A DNA stretch of 64,000 nucleotides from Candidatus Bathyarchaeota archaeon (GTDB lineage Archaea; Thermoproteota; Bathyarchaeia; 40CM-2-53-6). Position numbers and translations under genes: made by a program. The stretch spans positions 78,040-142,039 of the forward strand of contig VBBQ01000028.1 in NCBI GenBank assembly GCA_005888755.1. Reading direction: 5' to 3'. This document shows, piece after piece, positions 37,294 to 47,275 of the stretch; position 1 is the stretch's first letter; every line of letters starts with the position of its first letter. The notes under the pieces were generated by a model that was not told where the DNA came from, made no database searches, and saw only the letters and a list, made by a program, of their open reading frames with translations.

Positions 37294-37545
37294 CTACGGT
37301 TTCTTCTTATCGCTGAGCCACCATTTCAGATAATCTTTGTGGCGTCGTTTTTTCTCTTCGTCCGCGGATTCCTCGGTGCGAAGCATCTTCTCTCTTCCTT
37401 CGAGAAGGTTTTGCTGGGTGAAGGTTAGGCCGCAACTCTTGCACGCGTACGACTTGATTGCAGGGTCATAACTTAGGTTTCCACCGCACTCCAAGCAATA
37501 GTTCGGCAAACTTCTCCTCAAGAAGAAATTCGGCTCCGGAACCAA
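37294..37545 (-). CDS. Small zinc-ribbon protein, hypothetical
   Basis: 83 aa. CLECGGNL...CKSCG four-Cys ribbon plus a basic tail. Confidence 0.45.
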   Translation of the reverse strand: MVPEPNFFLRRSLPNYCLECGGNLSYDPAIKSYACKSCGLTFTQQNLLEGREKMLRTEESADEEKKRRHKDYLKWWLSDKKKP

Positions 37546-37822
37546 ATAAAGATTCGGTTACTCAAACGGGCCAAGGACGAAAAAATCGGACCTTGCAGCT
37601 AGAAAATCGTCTGTCCCCATGTACTTGCCAGACGCATTAGACCGTTGACACCTAGTCGTTCAGTTCAAGGGACTGAAAGATCGCCTGGGAGGCTTGATAT
37701 TTGGGAAGGTCGGCTCGCGTCACGGCGAACGAGACCGGGAGCTTTGAAAAGAATCCCGTTTGGGCTCTGTTCAATTGTTTTGGATTAAATCATGGGTTCC
37801 TAGTCCGATGGTCTGAGAGAAA

Positions 37823-38386
37823 ATGGCACAGGACACACACCAACCCATGGCAAAGCGCGGAAAGAGGACAATACTGCTGGCTCTTGTACTAGTATTGGTG
37901 GTCGTTGGAGGGGTCGTGGGATTCCTCTTCTACGCGCCCTCGAACGCGCAGATAAGCATCAGGGACCCTCCACAGCAACCCTACGACTCGAGCGTTCAAG
38001 CGATCTACGTGAGCTTCACCAGTATCGAGATACACTCTGCTAACGCCGGTGACGCTAGCGGATGGCACACAGTAACCACAAGCGCGACAGTAAACCTGTT
38101 TACAGTGCTCAACGTATCCAAGGTTCTTGGCAAGGCTTCATTGCCAGCCGGAAGGTACACCGAACTGAGATTCAACGTCAGCGCGATCATCGTGACCATA
38201 TCCGGGATTAACGTGACCTTCACTATGCCCAGCGCATCTCCAAAGATACCGATAACCGGCGCAGGAGCACAAGCTTACGGTGCGCTGACTGTGAACATTG
38301 TGCTGGACCTTTCCTTCAAGAATAGCGAGATTCTGAACAATCCGACGCTGAAGCTAAACCCGGTTGCCACGGCAGAGGTAGCCTAG
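37823..38386 (+). CDS. Membrane-anchored extracellular protein, hypothetical
   Basis: 187 aa. N-terminal TM/signal anchor (ILLALVLVLVVVGGVVGFLF). Confidence 0.45.
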   Translation: MAQDTHQPMAKRGKRTILLALVLVLVVVGGVVGFLFYAPSNAQISIRDPPQQPYDSSVQAIYVSFTSIEIHSANAGDASGWHTVTTSATVNLFTVLNVSKVLGKASLPAGRYTELRFNVSAIIVTISGINVTFTMPSASPKIPITGAGAQAYGALTVNIVLDLSFKNSEILNNPTLKLNPVATAEVA

Positions 38387-38585
38387 CCCAGCTCTGCTGA
38401 ACAGCAATCCTACCACACCATCGATTCCTGAGAACAGTACTTTAGGCTAATCTCCCTCTTTTTCCATGTTGAACAATATTACTGCTAATTGGAAGGTTCA
38501 TGCTTTCGAGTCCACAAGATCAAAATCGCGCTTGCATAGGAGGAACGGTTAATATGCAGAATACGCCGGTCAGAATTCGATTCGA

Positions 38586-38984
38586 ATGCCTCGATATCAT
38601 GGCAACATGCACAAGAAGAAAGCCACCGGCGGGATTAAGCGCCCATGGCGCGGAAAACGCGCCTACGAGGCTGGTGGAGAACCAGTCGAGACAACCCTTG
38701 GTAAAGTCAAGCAGAGAAGAGTTGGAATTCGAGGCGGGGCTCAAAAGATCAGATTGGCATCGGCTGACTGGGCTGTCGTCACCGACAAATCGACAGGAAA
38801 GTCGTCGAAGTCGAAGCTTCTACGGGTTGTCAAGAATCCAGCAAATATTGACTATCAGAGGAGAGGCGTAATTACGAAAGGTGCGATCGTCGATACGGAG
38901 CTAGGCCAAGCGCGCGTCACTTCTCGTCCCGGACAAGACGGAGTCATCAACGCGGTCCTCGTATCCCAAGCCAGCAAATCCTAA
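38586..38984 (+). CDS. rps8e: 30S ribosomal protein S8e
   Basis: 132 aa. KKKATGGIKRPWRGKRAYE start and overall S8e pattern. Confidence 0.8.
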   Translation: MPRYHGNMHKKKATGGIKRPWRGKRAYEAGGEPVETTLGKVKQRRVGIRGGAQKIRLASADWAVVTDKSTGKSSKSKLLRVVKNPANIDYQRRGVITKGAIVDTELGQARVTSRPGQDGVINAVLVSQASKS

Positions 38985-39003
38985 GAAAGAATGTGAAGCC
39001 AGG

Positions 39004-39327
39004 GTGAAAAACCCGGGTCACATTATCATCTGGCCATTCCACATCGACAGCACAAAGACCAGAGGACAGGGAAGAAAACTCCCAATAGCGAGAGCGCTCA
39101 AGCAACCGAATCTTAGAGAGATCATCCAAGCCGCAACGATACTGGGTTATGTTCCGGAACCGAAGGAAAAATCGGCAATGCCCAGCCTTCACTGGGAGAA
39201 GGCAGGATACGTTACCGTCAAGAAGACAGCTCCGAAGGTTGCAATGCTGAAATCGATCGCCGGAGAGATCGTGAAGATCCGACAGAAGGAGGCCCAGGCC
39301 GCCGAACCGAAAAAAGACCGGCGATAG
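39004..39327 (+). CDS. srp19: Signal recognition particle protein SRP19
   Basis: 107 aa. IIWPFHIDSTKTRGQGRKLP matches the SRP19 N-terminal signature. Confidence 0.8.
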   Translation: MKNPGHIIIWPFHIDSTKTRGQGRKLPIARALKQPNLREIIQAATILGYVPEPKEKSAMPSLHWEKAGYVTVKKTAPKVAMLKSIAGEIVKIRQKEAQAAEPKKDRR

Positions 39328-39334
39328 ACTCGAC

Positions 39335-40390
39335 CTACGCGTGTTTCTTGTTCGGATACAAGATGATCTTTCCCGAACGTCCAGATTTCATCAACGCAAA
39401 GGCCTTAGAGAACTCTTCAAGATCGAACCGGTGAGTTATCAGCTTCGAAAGATCAACCTGACCCGCCTTCAACACCGCAGCTGTCTTGTACCAGGTTCCG
39501 AAGAGCCGACGGCCGAAGACGCCTCGGACATGAGCATCCTTGAAAACAATCCAGTTTGCCACGTCAAGTTCGATTTTCTTCGAAGGAAGACCGAAGAGGA
39601 TGGCTGTTCCGCCGGGACGAAGAACCTTGAACCCTTCCTCGAACGAGGGCTGCGCGCCTGACATCTCAAAGAAGGCATCAACTCCACGCCCATCTGTTTG
39701 ACGCATGATCTCTTTCACGACATCTTGTTGAGACCCGTTGATCAAGACATCTCCACCCATATCCTTCGCCAGCTTCAGCCGGTAATCGACGATGTCCACT
39801 CCGAAGATCTTAGTCGCACCGAACGACTTGCAGAGCCCGATTAGACAAGCTCCGATTGGACCACAGCCAAAGACTGCGACGGTATTGCCCGAGATCTCTG
39901 CCGCGGAGGCTGCGTGAACCGCGTTACCGAGCGGCTCTTGAGCTGATGCCACCTCGATCGGAATCTTGCGATCGTTGAGCCATGCATGCTGCTCGTTGAG
40001 AGCATGGTACTCTGCGAAACAGCCGTCTGTATCTACTCCCCGCAGAAGCATTCGCTCGCAGATGTGAGCGTTACCGGTTCTGCACTGGAAGCATTTGCCA
40101 CAGAAGATGTGCGTCTCGCCGGAGACAATATCGCCTTCGCGAAGATCGGAAACCTCCTTGCCTACCTCGATAATCTTGCCGGCGAACTCGTGTCCCATAA
40201 CCATGGGAGGCTTGACCTTGTCCCGGATCGATTCATGCCAATCGTAGATGTGCATGTCCGTCCCACAGATCGATGTGGCTTCTATCCGGACGAGAATGTC
40301 TCGGAGACCGGGTTTAGGTGTGGGCCATTTCTCGAAGACCGCGCCAGGACCCGGAGATGGCTTTACGACAGCGTGCATCTTTTCTTTCAC
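39335..40390 (-). CDS. tdh: L-threonine 3-dehydrogenase (Zn-dependent MDR family)
   Basis: 351 aa. CGTDMHIY, GHEFAG and CGKCFQCRTGNAHIC structural-zinc motifs. Divergent from kbl. Confidence 0.85.
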   Translation of the reverse strand: MKEKMHAVVKPSPGPGAVFEKWPTPKPGLRDILVRIEATSICGTDMHIYDWHESIRDKVKPPMVMGHEFAGKIIEVGKEVSDLREGDIVSGETHIFCGKCFQCRTGNAHICERMLLRGVDTDGCFAEYHALNEQHAWLNDRKIPIEVASAQEPLGNAVHAASAAEISGNTVAVFGCGPIGACLIGLCKSFGATKIFGVDIVDYRLKLAKDMGGDVLINGSQQDVVKEIMRQTDGRGVDAFFEMSGAQPSFEEGFKVLRPGGTAILFGLPSKKIELDVANWIVFKDAHVRGVFGRRLFGTWYKTAAVLKAGQVDLSKLITHRFDLEEFSKAFALMKSGRSGKIILYPNKKHA

Positions 40391-40475
40391 CTGATTTCCT
40401 CGAAGCTGAGGGTTAGCCGCGCGAGATGCGCTGTAAAACGTTTTAGATTAGGAACGAATTCTCGATCTTGAGATT

Positions 40476-41678
40476 ATGAGCCAAGAGTCCGGTTTGCAAA
40501 GAGCGCCGCTTCTAGATGCTTTGAGGGAAGAACTTAGAGGACTGGACGAGCAGGATCTGTTGTGGCGTGTCAGGACTCTTCAAAGTCCGTCCGCGCCGCA
40601 CGCCAGAGTCGATGGTAAGAGCGTCATAGTTCTCTGCTCGAACAACTATCTTGGACTCGCAAACCATCCCAAGCTCAAACAGGCAGCTCTTGCGGCAACA
40701 AGAAAGTATGGAGCCGGCAGCGGGTCTGTACGCGTTATCGCTGGAACCATGGACCTTCACGTTAAGCTCGAAAAAGAACTGGCAGACTACAGGAGATCAG
40801 AATCGTCGATTACTTTCCAATCAGGCTACGCTACGAACCTGGGAGTAATCATGTCCCTCGTTGACGAACGTGATCTGATCATCAGCGACGAACTGAACCA
40901 TGGCAGCATAATCGATGGTTGTCGCCTGACGAAAGCCGAGAGGCGAGTCTACAAGCACAAGGACATGGACGATCTAGAAAAACGGCTGCAGGGAACGGAA
41001 CGGTTCCGTAGGGTCCTCGTAATTACTGACGGCGTCTTCAGCATGGATGGAGACGTCGCTCCGCTGAAGGATATTGTCAGACTATCCCAGGAGCATAACG
41101 CGGTGACTTATGTTGACGATGCTCACGGAGACGGTGTCTTAGGTGAGAACGGCCGTGGGATTACCAATCATTTTCATCTGGAGGGAAAGGTGGACATCGA
41201 CATGGGAACTTTCTCGAAAGCCTTCGGATGCGTCGGTGGATATGTTGTCGGCTCGAAAGACCTCTGCAAATACCTCCAGAACAAGGTCCGTAGCTATCTC
41301 CTCTCCGGGTCCCACCCGCCCGCCGTCGTAGGCGCGTGCATCGCGGCGTTACAGATCGTCCAGAAACAACCATCTTTGGTCAAGAAGCTCTGGGACAACA
41401 CACGATACTTCAAGAAAGGACTGAAAGACATTGGCTTCGACACTGGGAATAGCGAGACTCCTATCACCCCGGTGATAGTTGGAGAAGCGGGTAAGGCTCG
41501 TGAACTAGCTGATAGCCTCTTCAAGCTTGGAATATTCGTCCTACCGATCGTCTTCCCAATGGTAGCAAGAGACAAGGCAAGAGTCAGGACAATTGTGACA
41601 AGTGCCCATACGAGGAAGGATCTAGATGTGGCGCTGGCAGCCTTCGAGAAAGCTGGCAAGCAACTAGCGCTGCTGTAA
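40476..41678 (+). CDS. kbl: 2-amino-3-ketobutyrate CoA ligase (glycine C-acetyltransferase)
   Basis: 400 aa, alpha-oxoamine synthase family. PLP-lysine context GTFSKAFG, DDAHG. Adjacent to tdh. Confidence 0.85.
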   Translation: MSQESGLQRAPLLDALREELRGLDEQDLLWRVRTLQSPSAPHARVDGKSVIVLCSNNYLGLANHPKLKQAALAATRKYGAGSGSVRVIAGTMDLHVKLEKELADYRRSESSITFQSGYATNLGVIMSLVDERDLIISDELNHGSIIDGCRLTKAERRVYKHKDMDDLEKRLQGTERFRRVLVITDGVFSMDGDVAPLKDIVRLSQEHNAVTYVDDAHGDGVLGENGRGITNHFHLEGKVDIDMGTFSKAFGCVGGYVVGSKDLCKYLQNKVRSYLLSGSHPPAVVGACIAALQIVQKQPSLVKKLWDNTRYFKKGLKDIGFDTGNSETPITPVIVGEAGKARELADSLFKLGIFVLPIVFPMVARDKARVRTIVTSAHTRKDLDVALAAFEKAGKQLALL

Positions 41679-41691
41679 CGACAATTGTACT

Positions 41692-42228
41692 TTGCTCGGG
41701 TTAGAGTTGGCAACAAAGAAAAGGAAACGAGTAAAGAAACCCCGAAGACCAAGATTCATCGTTCGCAAGGTTACGTTGAAGGATCTTCCGATTCTGGTTC
41801 ACCAGCGAAGAGCGATGTGGCGTGATCTTGGGGCGAGAGAACAGAGAGAGCTGGATAGGGCGGACAAGGTCTATGCAGGATGGGCTAGATCAAGGATGAA
41901 GAGCGGAACTCTGATGGGCTGGGTAGCCGAGAATGAAGACAAGGTCCTTGGTGGAGGATGCGTATGGCTGCAGCCCGTTCAACCGAGGCCCGGATACAAG
42001 CTCATGATCCAACCGTATTTGCTTTCAATGTACACGGAGCCTCTCTATAGAGGACTTGGCGTGGCCTCAGGAGTAGTCGAAAAAGCGTTGGAGTGGTGCA
42101 GATCGAATGGGTTTCTCCAGCTCCGATTACACGCGAGCAAGATGGGACGCAAGGTCTACCTCAAACATGGTTTCGAGCGCACTTGGGAAATGAGACGCAG
42201 AATCAAGAAGCTCAGAGAAGACAGCTAG
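41692..42228 (+). CDS. GNAT family N-acetyltransferase
   Basis: 178 aa. YRGLGVASGVVEKALEWCRSNGFLQLRLHAS. Confidence 0.7.
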   Translation: MLGLELATKKRKRVKKPRRPRFIVRKVTLKDLPILVHQRRAMWRDLGAREQRELDRADKVYAGWARSRMKSGTLMGWVAENEDKVLGGGCVWLQPVQPRPGYKLMIQPYLLSMYTEPLYRGLGVASGVVEKALEWCRSNGFLQLRLHASKMGRKVYLKHGFERTWEMRRRIKKLREDS

Positions 42229-42414
42229 CGGGTTACATGAGGAAAGAAGTTTAGCTATCCAGTCATCGTGTAAAACTCATCTTGTCGCGAGTGGTTCCGA
42301 GATGCTCCTGCGGTGGAGAGCTAGTGATTGTAGGAGAGGATCGTACTTCGGAAGGCTGGCGGACCGGCTTCAAGCTTCAATGCAAGAAATGCCACAAAAG
42401 ATGGACATACACAG

Positions 42415-43395
42415 GTGGAACCTACCGCGCAGACCCGAGTCAGGGCTGAGAACGAAATGTCTATCCAAGCAATGGCGGAAGAAATCTCTAATCAGGAGCT
42501 AGATCTTCCAAGGTTTGGTTCTCAACTTCGAGAAATACACCTTCCGAGGCTCGACCGCTCCTCATTCGTATTTGCTGGATCAGGCGACTCATACGCAGCA
42601 GCCGTATTCGCCCAAGAACTCTCTCATGGAGAAGCCATTGCTTCGGACCCTTACGAGTTACTCACGAACATCCAGCGAGTAAGAGGGAAGAACCTCGTCA
42701 TCGTCTCGGTCAGTGGCAGAACGAGAACGAACATCAAACTTGCCAGGAAGGCAAAGGAAATCGCTGCCAAGCGAATAGCCATCTCAGCCAATCAAGAGAG
42801 CCCACTATCTAGAGAGTGTGATGAGACTCTACAGCTTAGGTACAGAAACGCCGGGACACTAACGTCTGGCACAGTCAGTTTCACGACCAGCTTATTGGCC
42901 TGCGCCTACCTTCTCGGAAGTCTGCCTAGATCCATCAAGGGAAAGACCGCCCTCTTAGGCACCGCACTCTCGACTAGAAGTATGACACAAGTTGCGAAAG
43001 GATCATTTGTCTTTACGGGATCAGGAGTGAATTATGCTCTTTCGCTTTACGGGGCAGGGAAAATCAACGAAGTATTGGGTTCCAAAGCTGAAGCGGTATA
43101 CCCTGAACAAGTGGGGCATGCGAAGCTGTTCACGATAGACAAGAAACGGGACATTATTGTGTGCATATCATCGGAGCGAGACAAGGCCATGAAAACGCAT
43201 GAATTGCTCCGCAAAGACGGCTTCCAAAGTTCATTGCTTGCGATCCCAGGAAGAAATGCGGTCATCCGAAGTTTGGAAAATGCTGCTCATCTACAGCAAC
43301 TTAGCATCGCCATGGCGAAGAAAAGGCGAATTACAGAATGCGCATTTCTCTCAAACAAGAAGAGTCTTAGTCTAAGCAGTCGCCTCATCTACTAG
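42415..43395 (+). CDS. Double-SIS-domain protein, possibly a bifunctional phosphoglucose/phosphomannose isomerase-type sugar-phosphate isomerase
   Basis: Two SIS-like halves (FAGSGDSY..VSVSGRT and FTGSGVNY). The true start may be Met at 42457, because a small zinc-ribbon ORF (about 42282-42449) overlaps the first codons. Confidence 0.5.
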   Translation: MEPTAQTRVRAENEMSIQAMAEEISNQELDLPRFGSQLREIHLPRLDRSSFVFAGSGDSYAAAVFAQELSHGEAIASDPYELLTNIQRVRGKNLVIVSVSGRTRTNIKLARKAKEIAAKRIAISANQESPLSRECDETLQLRYRNAGTLTSGTVSFTTSLLACAYLLGSLPRSIKGKTALLGTALSTRSMTQVAKGSFVFTGSGVNYALSLYGAGKINEVLGSKAEAVYPEQVGHAKLFTIDKKRDIIVCISSERDKAMKTHELLRKDGFQSSLLAIPGRNAVIRSLENAAHLQQLSIAMAKKRRITECAFLSNKKSLSLSSRLIY

Positions 43396-43494
43396 ATTCG
43401 TAGCGACGAAAAGGTCGAATGCAACGATCGTTCGGGTAAGAATAGGCTTGAGGGGTTATCAAACTGGGAAGCAGTCAATGACAGGAGGATCCAC

Positions 43495-43797
43495 ATGAAA
43501 ATCGAGTCGAACCCTAATGATGATAGACCAGTAGCATACCAAGTCGAAATTAGAGGATTTCCAACTTACTATGCCAAATTATTCGCGGATACGGGCTTCG
43601 GCGTGGTTTTCGAAGATGATGGCGAGACAGGATATGTTTACGCCACGAACGATAAAGCAGACAAAATATTTGACGCACTTCATCTCTACAATTCGAAAAA
43701 CCCCAACAAGCCATCATCTGGCGATAAGTTCTTCATCGTTTGGAATCCGAAGATGGAGAAGGCTGGATATTCTATAATAACAAGTTTCAAGGGATAA
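43495..43797 (+). CDS. Hypothetical protein
   Basis: 100-aa ORF. Confidence 0.4.
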   Translation: MKIESNPNDDRPVAYQVEIRGFPTYYAKLFADTGFGVVFEDDGETGYVYATNDKADKIFDALHLYNSKNPNKPSSGDKFFIVWNPKMEKAGYSIITSFKG

Positions 43798-43983
43798 TAG
43801 ATTTCAAGAAATTGCTCGCATGTTGCAGAAGCGGATTTCCACCGAAACTCGGAGAATGGTGCAGATCTTCGCACACTTGGAGTGATGAAATGATGAAGGG
43901 ACTCGAGTGATAGTCGCTTCTCAATTCGGCCGTCTTACAATTAGCTTGGTCCCATATCCAACGCAGAAGCGAGCCCTAATTCC

Positions 43984-44607
43984 TCAATTTGTCGATTGAA
44001 GATGGCGGTATACGTCTAGGAGATCGTCAGTCTCTATGTGGTGTGATGCTGACGCCTTTACCTTCTCAGTCTGAGCGTTCAAGGCTACGGAATATCGCAC
44101 TACTCGGAAGACAGGGACGTCGTTTATCCAATCGCCGACGTGTGCACATCTGGACAGGGGGATGCCCGTCCATGCAGCGTATTTCCGCAACCCTAGTCTT
44201 TTGTCAGGCAGCGGTTCTATTTCGCTGGTGATGATTCCGTCTTTGATTCCGACTTTGGATCCGACGTAGCCTTCGAACCCGAACCTTTCAATCAAGTATC
44301 CGCACAGGAAGTCTGGATTGTCTGTCAATAGGACAACGCGGATTCTATGACCTTGAAGTTTCTCGACTGTCTCCCTGACGTTCTTGATGACTTCGACCTT
44401 CGAGACCGCTTGAAGAATATCGGTGAGCTTCATTCCTTGGAGAAGCTTGTATTGAGAGGTCAGGAGTTCTCTCTTGTTGATCCTTTGATGAAGGAACATT
44501 TCTTCGAGCGAATCCCATTTCTCTCCGATTCCCAAGGAACGGGATGCTTGGGTGAGGGCGGCTTTCCGAAAGATCGTACCGTCGACATCGAACGATACCA
44601 TTGACAA
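43984..44607 (-). CDS. HAD-family hydrolase, phosphoserine-phosphatase-like
   Basis: 207 aa. HAD motif I SFDVDGT and motif III GDWINDVP. Adjacent to glyA. Confidence 0.7.
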   Translation of the reverse strand: MSMVSFDVDGTIFRKAALTQASRSLGIGEKWDSLEEMFLHQRINKRELLTSQYKLLQGMKLTDILQAVSKVEVIKNVRETVEKLQGHRIRVVLLTDNPDFLCGYLIERFGFEGYVGSKVGIKDGIITSEIEPLPDKRLGLRKYAAWTGIPLSRCAHVGDWINDVPVFRVVRYSVALNAQTEKVKASASHHIETDDLLDVYRHLQSTN

Positions 44608-44675
44608 CGATGAGAGCGGCAGGATCCTTCCTCCTCTACCGTCAATAACTGACGGAGCGTTTGAACTCTTCGAGG

Positions 44676-45722
44676 TCAGGTATACTCGATAGTCTTGAAT
44701 TCCTTCCGCAATCTTGTCGCGGCTCTGCGAACGCTACCCGGTTCTTCGCCCTTGTAGACTCTTATGATTAGTTCGGCAACTCTCTCCATGTCTCGTACTT
44801 TCATTCCACGACGAGTAGACTCGTTTGTTCCAAGCCTGATTCCATGATCGACGATCATGTTTGCGTCCTCCAACTTCTCTGAGAAACGGTTCACATTCTC
44901 CTCGCCGTTAATGTCGAGAAAAACCTGGTGCGACTCGGTAAAACCATAATCCGCGCATTTGACGGGCAGGCCGCCTTCGTGGAGCGCCTTAGCTAGAGCC
45001 TTAGCGTTTGCTACTACCTGAGAGGCGTATTTTGCGCCTCGCCTTCGAATCTCGTCCAATGCCCAAATGAGAGCCGCCATCCTGTTCCAGTGAGCATTAT
45101 CGACCAGTCCAGGAAACTGTCTGTCTTTGACAAGTTCTTTGACCCGACTTGTTCCTAGGATTATCCCTCCTTGTGGACCGAACAAGGTCTTGTGAGTGGA
45201 TCCCAACATGACAGCTGCACCTTCCTTCAGTGGACGCTGAAACTCTCCCCCACCGATCAGTCCTAGAACATGGGACGCATCGTAGGCGACTTGGGACCCT
45301 GCTGCTTGACAAGCGTCTGCAAGTTCAGTTATAGGGTGGGGAAATAGAAAGTAGGATTGTCCGAAGACGACGAGAGAGGGTTTCTCGTCTTCGATGAGAG
45401 CTTTAGCCTTGTTCACGTCGATGTTCATTCTTTCTGAATCAAACGGGAAAAAGAGATTCTTCACATTGACAAAGGGTGGATACCCTTTTCCGCCGATGCC
45501 GTCATACCCCCCGTTGACAGGGTTAACAGAGAGGATCGATCCACCGGGCTTGGTAAGGGTGGAAATCACGATCATATCAGCCATATGTCCTGATAGCGGC
45601 CTCAGGCTCGCCCAGTCGGCGCCATATACTTCGCAGGCCAGTTTATCGCCTAGGGCTTCGAGCTCATCGATGAAGCGTGTTCCCTTGTAGAACCCGTCGA
45701 TGGCCGTGTATCGATGGCCCAT
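44676..45722 (-). CDS. glyA: Serine hydroxymethyltransferase (ORF-track start is internal; conserved N-terminus continues to about 45851)
   Basis: HRYTAIDGFYKG, PLP-site GSTHKTLFGPQGG. Manual upstream translation gives ...TSYASQIRRIVDKHQRWRAEECLNLIPSENVTSHTVRQLLSID before the annotated Met, which is the conserved SHMT N-terminus, with no ATG/GTG/TTG in frame. Confidence 0.9.
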   Translation of the reverse strand: MGHRYTAIDGFYKGTRFIDELEALGDKLACEVYGADWASLRPLSGHMADMIVISTLTKPGGSILSVNPVNGGYDGIGGKGYPPFVNVKNLFFPFDSERMNIDVNKAKALIEDEKPSLVVFGQSYFLFPHPITELADACQAAGSQVAYDASHVLGLIGGGEFQRPLKEGAAVMLGSTHKTLFGPQGGIILGTSRVKELVKDRQFPGLVDNAHWNRMAALIWALDEIRRRGAKYASQVVANAKALAKALHEGGLPVKCADYGFTESHQVFLDINGEENVNRFSEKLEDANMIVDHGIRLGTNESTRRGMKVRDMERVAELIIRVYKGEEPGSVRRAATRLRKEFKTIEYT

Positions 45723-45874
45723 GTCAATACTGAGAAGTTGGCGAACTGTATGACTGGTTACGTTCTCGGATGGTATGAGGTTGAGGCATTCTTCTGCGCG
45801 CCAGCGTTGATGTTTGTCAACGATTCGTCTGATCTGGGATGCGTAGGACGTTGAAAGTCTACCCTAGTTGGGAT

Positions 45875-46282
45875 CTAGACTCTGCGACCGCGTCGACCGC
45901 CGGGCCGTCGGGTCCCATCATGCGGAACCGGTGTAACGTCTTCTATTCTTCCAATTCTAAACCCGTGACGGGCAAGCATTCTGATGGCAGCTTGCGCTCC
46001 GGGACCAGGGGTCCTAGCACCGTGACCACCAGGAGCTCTTACTCGAATGTGTAGAGAGGTAATTCCTTTGTCTTTTGCTGTCTTGGCTGCTGCTGCAGCG
46101 GCCTGCATCGCAGCGTACGGTGTTCCTTGGAGCCTGTCGGCTTTGACGTGTTGTCCTCCGGCGCTTCGGGATATTGTCTCGGCGCCTGTGAGGTCTGTTA
46201 TGTGGACCATGGTGTTGTTGAAGGATGAGTAGATGTGGGCGATTCCCCATCTGTCCGCCGGTGTCTTAGGCTTCTCTGCCAT
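45875..46282 (-). CDS. rps11: 30S ribosomal protein S11 (uS11)
   Basis: 135 aa. [21 protein letters not shown]...[11 protein letters not shown]...DVTPVPHDG, canonical uS11. Confidence 0.9.
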   Translation of the reverse strand: MAEKPKTPADRWGIAHIYSSFNNTMVHITDLTGAETISRSAGGQHVKADRLQGTPYAAMQAAAAAAKTAKDKGITSLHIRVRAPGGHGARTPGPGAQAAIRMLARHGFRIGRIEDVTPVPHDGTRRPGGRRGRRV

Positions 46283-46458
46283 ACCAGAATTACCTGATAG
46301 GTTCGGGTTTGAGCCCTACGCGAATTTAAACTCTCCCCGGCAGATGTTCTGGATAGTACGACTACAAGGTTGGCGGATTCGCCCGTGCGACGCGTGTAAT
46401 CACTCAGAAAGGCTTTGAGTTCCAGTTGAGATTCGCAATCCTCTCGGTCAGCGTGGGC

Positions 46459-47100
46459 CTACCGTTCATAAGCTCCGACGAGAATGGATAACCCCTCCTC
46501 GAGGTCTACTAGTCCTAGGGCTTTCATCTTTTCCAGCACTCTCTCCAGAGTTTCTCTCCCGACACGCTCTGCTGCAAGCCTATCGGCTTCTAGCCTCAGT
46601 CGCCTTGAGAACCATTTGGACAGGAACCCACTTAGGAAAAAAGCAGGGAACAACCACGCGATGTCTAGGATCAGCAAAAGGGCGGGTATGCCTGAGGCTG
46701 GAGTCGAAACAGCAAATAGCTCCCACCATCCTAGCGCATCGACAATGATTGGAGTCGAAACTAAGATGGTTCCGAGATAGCGTTTGACCCTCAGCTTCGC
46801 CTCGTAGATCAGAGAGGAAGCCAGTAGAGGCCGCCACTCTTCAGGATCGAGTTTTCCCCTCATCGCGGTAGGCAGGAGGACTCTGTCCCAGCTGAAGACG
46901 CACCAGCCGATCGGGATATCTCGTTTGATGCTCCCGGCCATCTCCGGGAGGATGTTTTCGGAGTCGTGCAGCGTCAACTGAACGTACTCGTCCCAAGAAA
47001 CCGAGACTGGTCTGAAAATAGATATGCTGAGTTGTTCTATGAGTTCCTTTGCGATTCTAAGAATGCGTTGTTCATCGGCGACGCTGGTCGATGAATCCAA
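46459..47100 (-). CDS. Hypothetical membrane-associated protein
   Basis: 213 aa, hydrophobic central region. Confidence 0.4.
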   Translation of the reverse strand: MDSSTSVADEQRILRIAKELIEQLSISIFRPVSVSWDEYVQLTLHDSENILPEMAGSIKRDIPIGWCVFSWDRVLLPTAMRGKLDPEEWRPLLASSLIYEAKLRVKRYLGTILVSTPIIVDALGWWELFAVSTPASGIPALLLILDIAWLFPAFFLSGFLSKWFSRRLRLEADRLAAERVGRETLERVLEKMKALGLVDLEEGLSILVGAYER

Positions 47101-47275
47101 ACAGTAATCCAGCAGCTGACAGAATGGTATGGGTTTGAACTAAGCCTTTCGGATTGCCCGACACAATATTGTGAGGAAAGAGACCGCCAGCGAGTCGACG
47201 CTCCTCCATCATTCTTGTTACACAACTCGCCTTTGCAAGAAACTTTACACAGCCCCAGGCTGACGTAATCCCAAG

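Noticed and set aside
39335-41678. tdh-kbl divergent pair as something unusual
   Set aside because: This is the standard threonine to glycine plus acetyl-CoA pathway gene pair, with both proteins carrying canonical motifs. It is ordinary.
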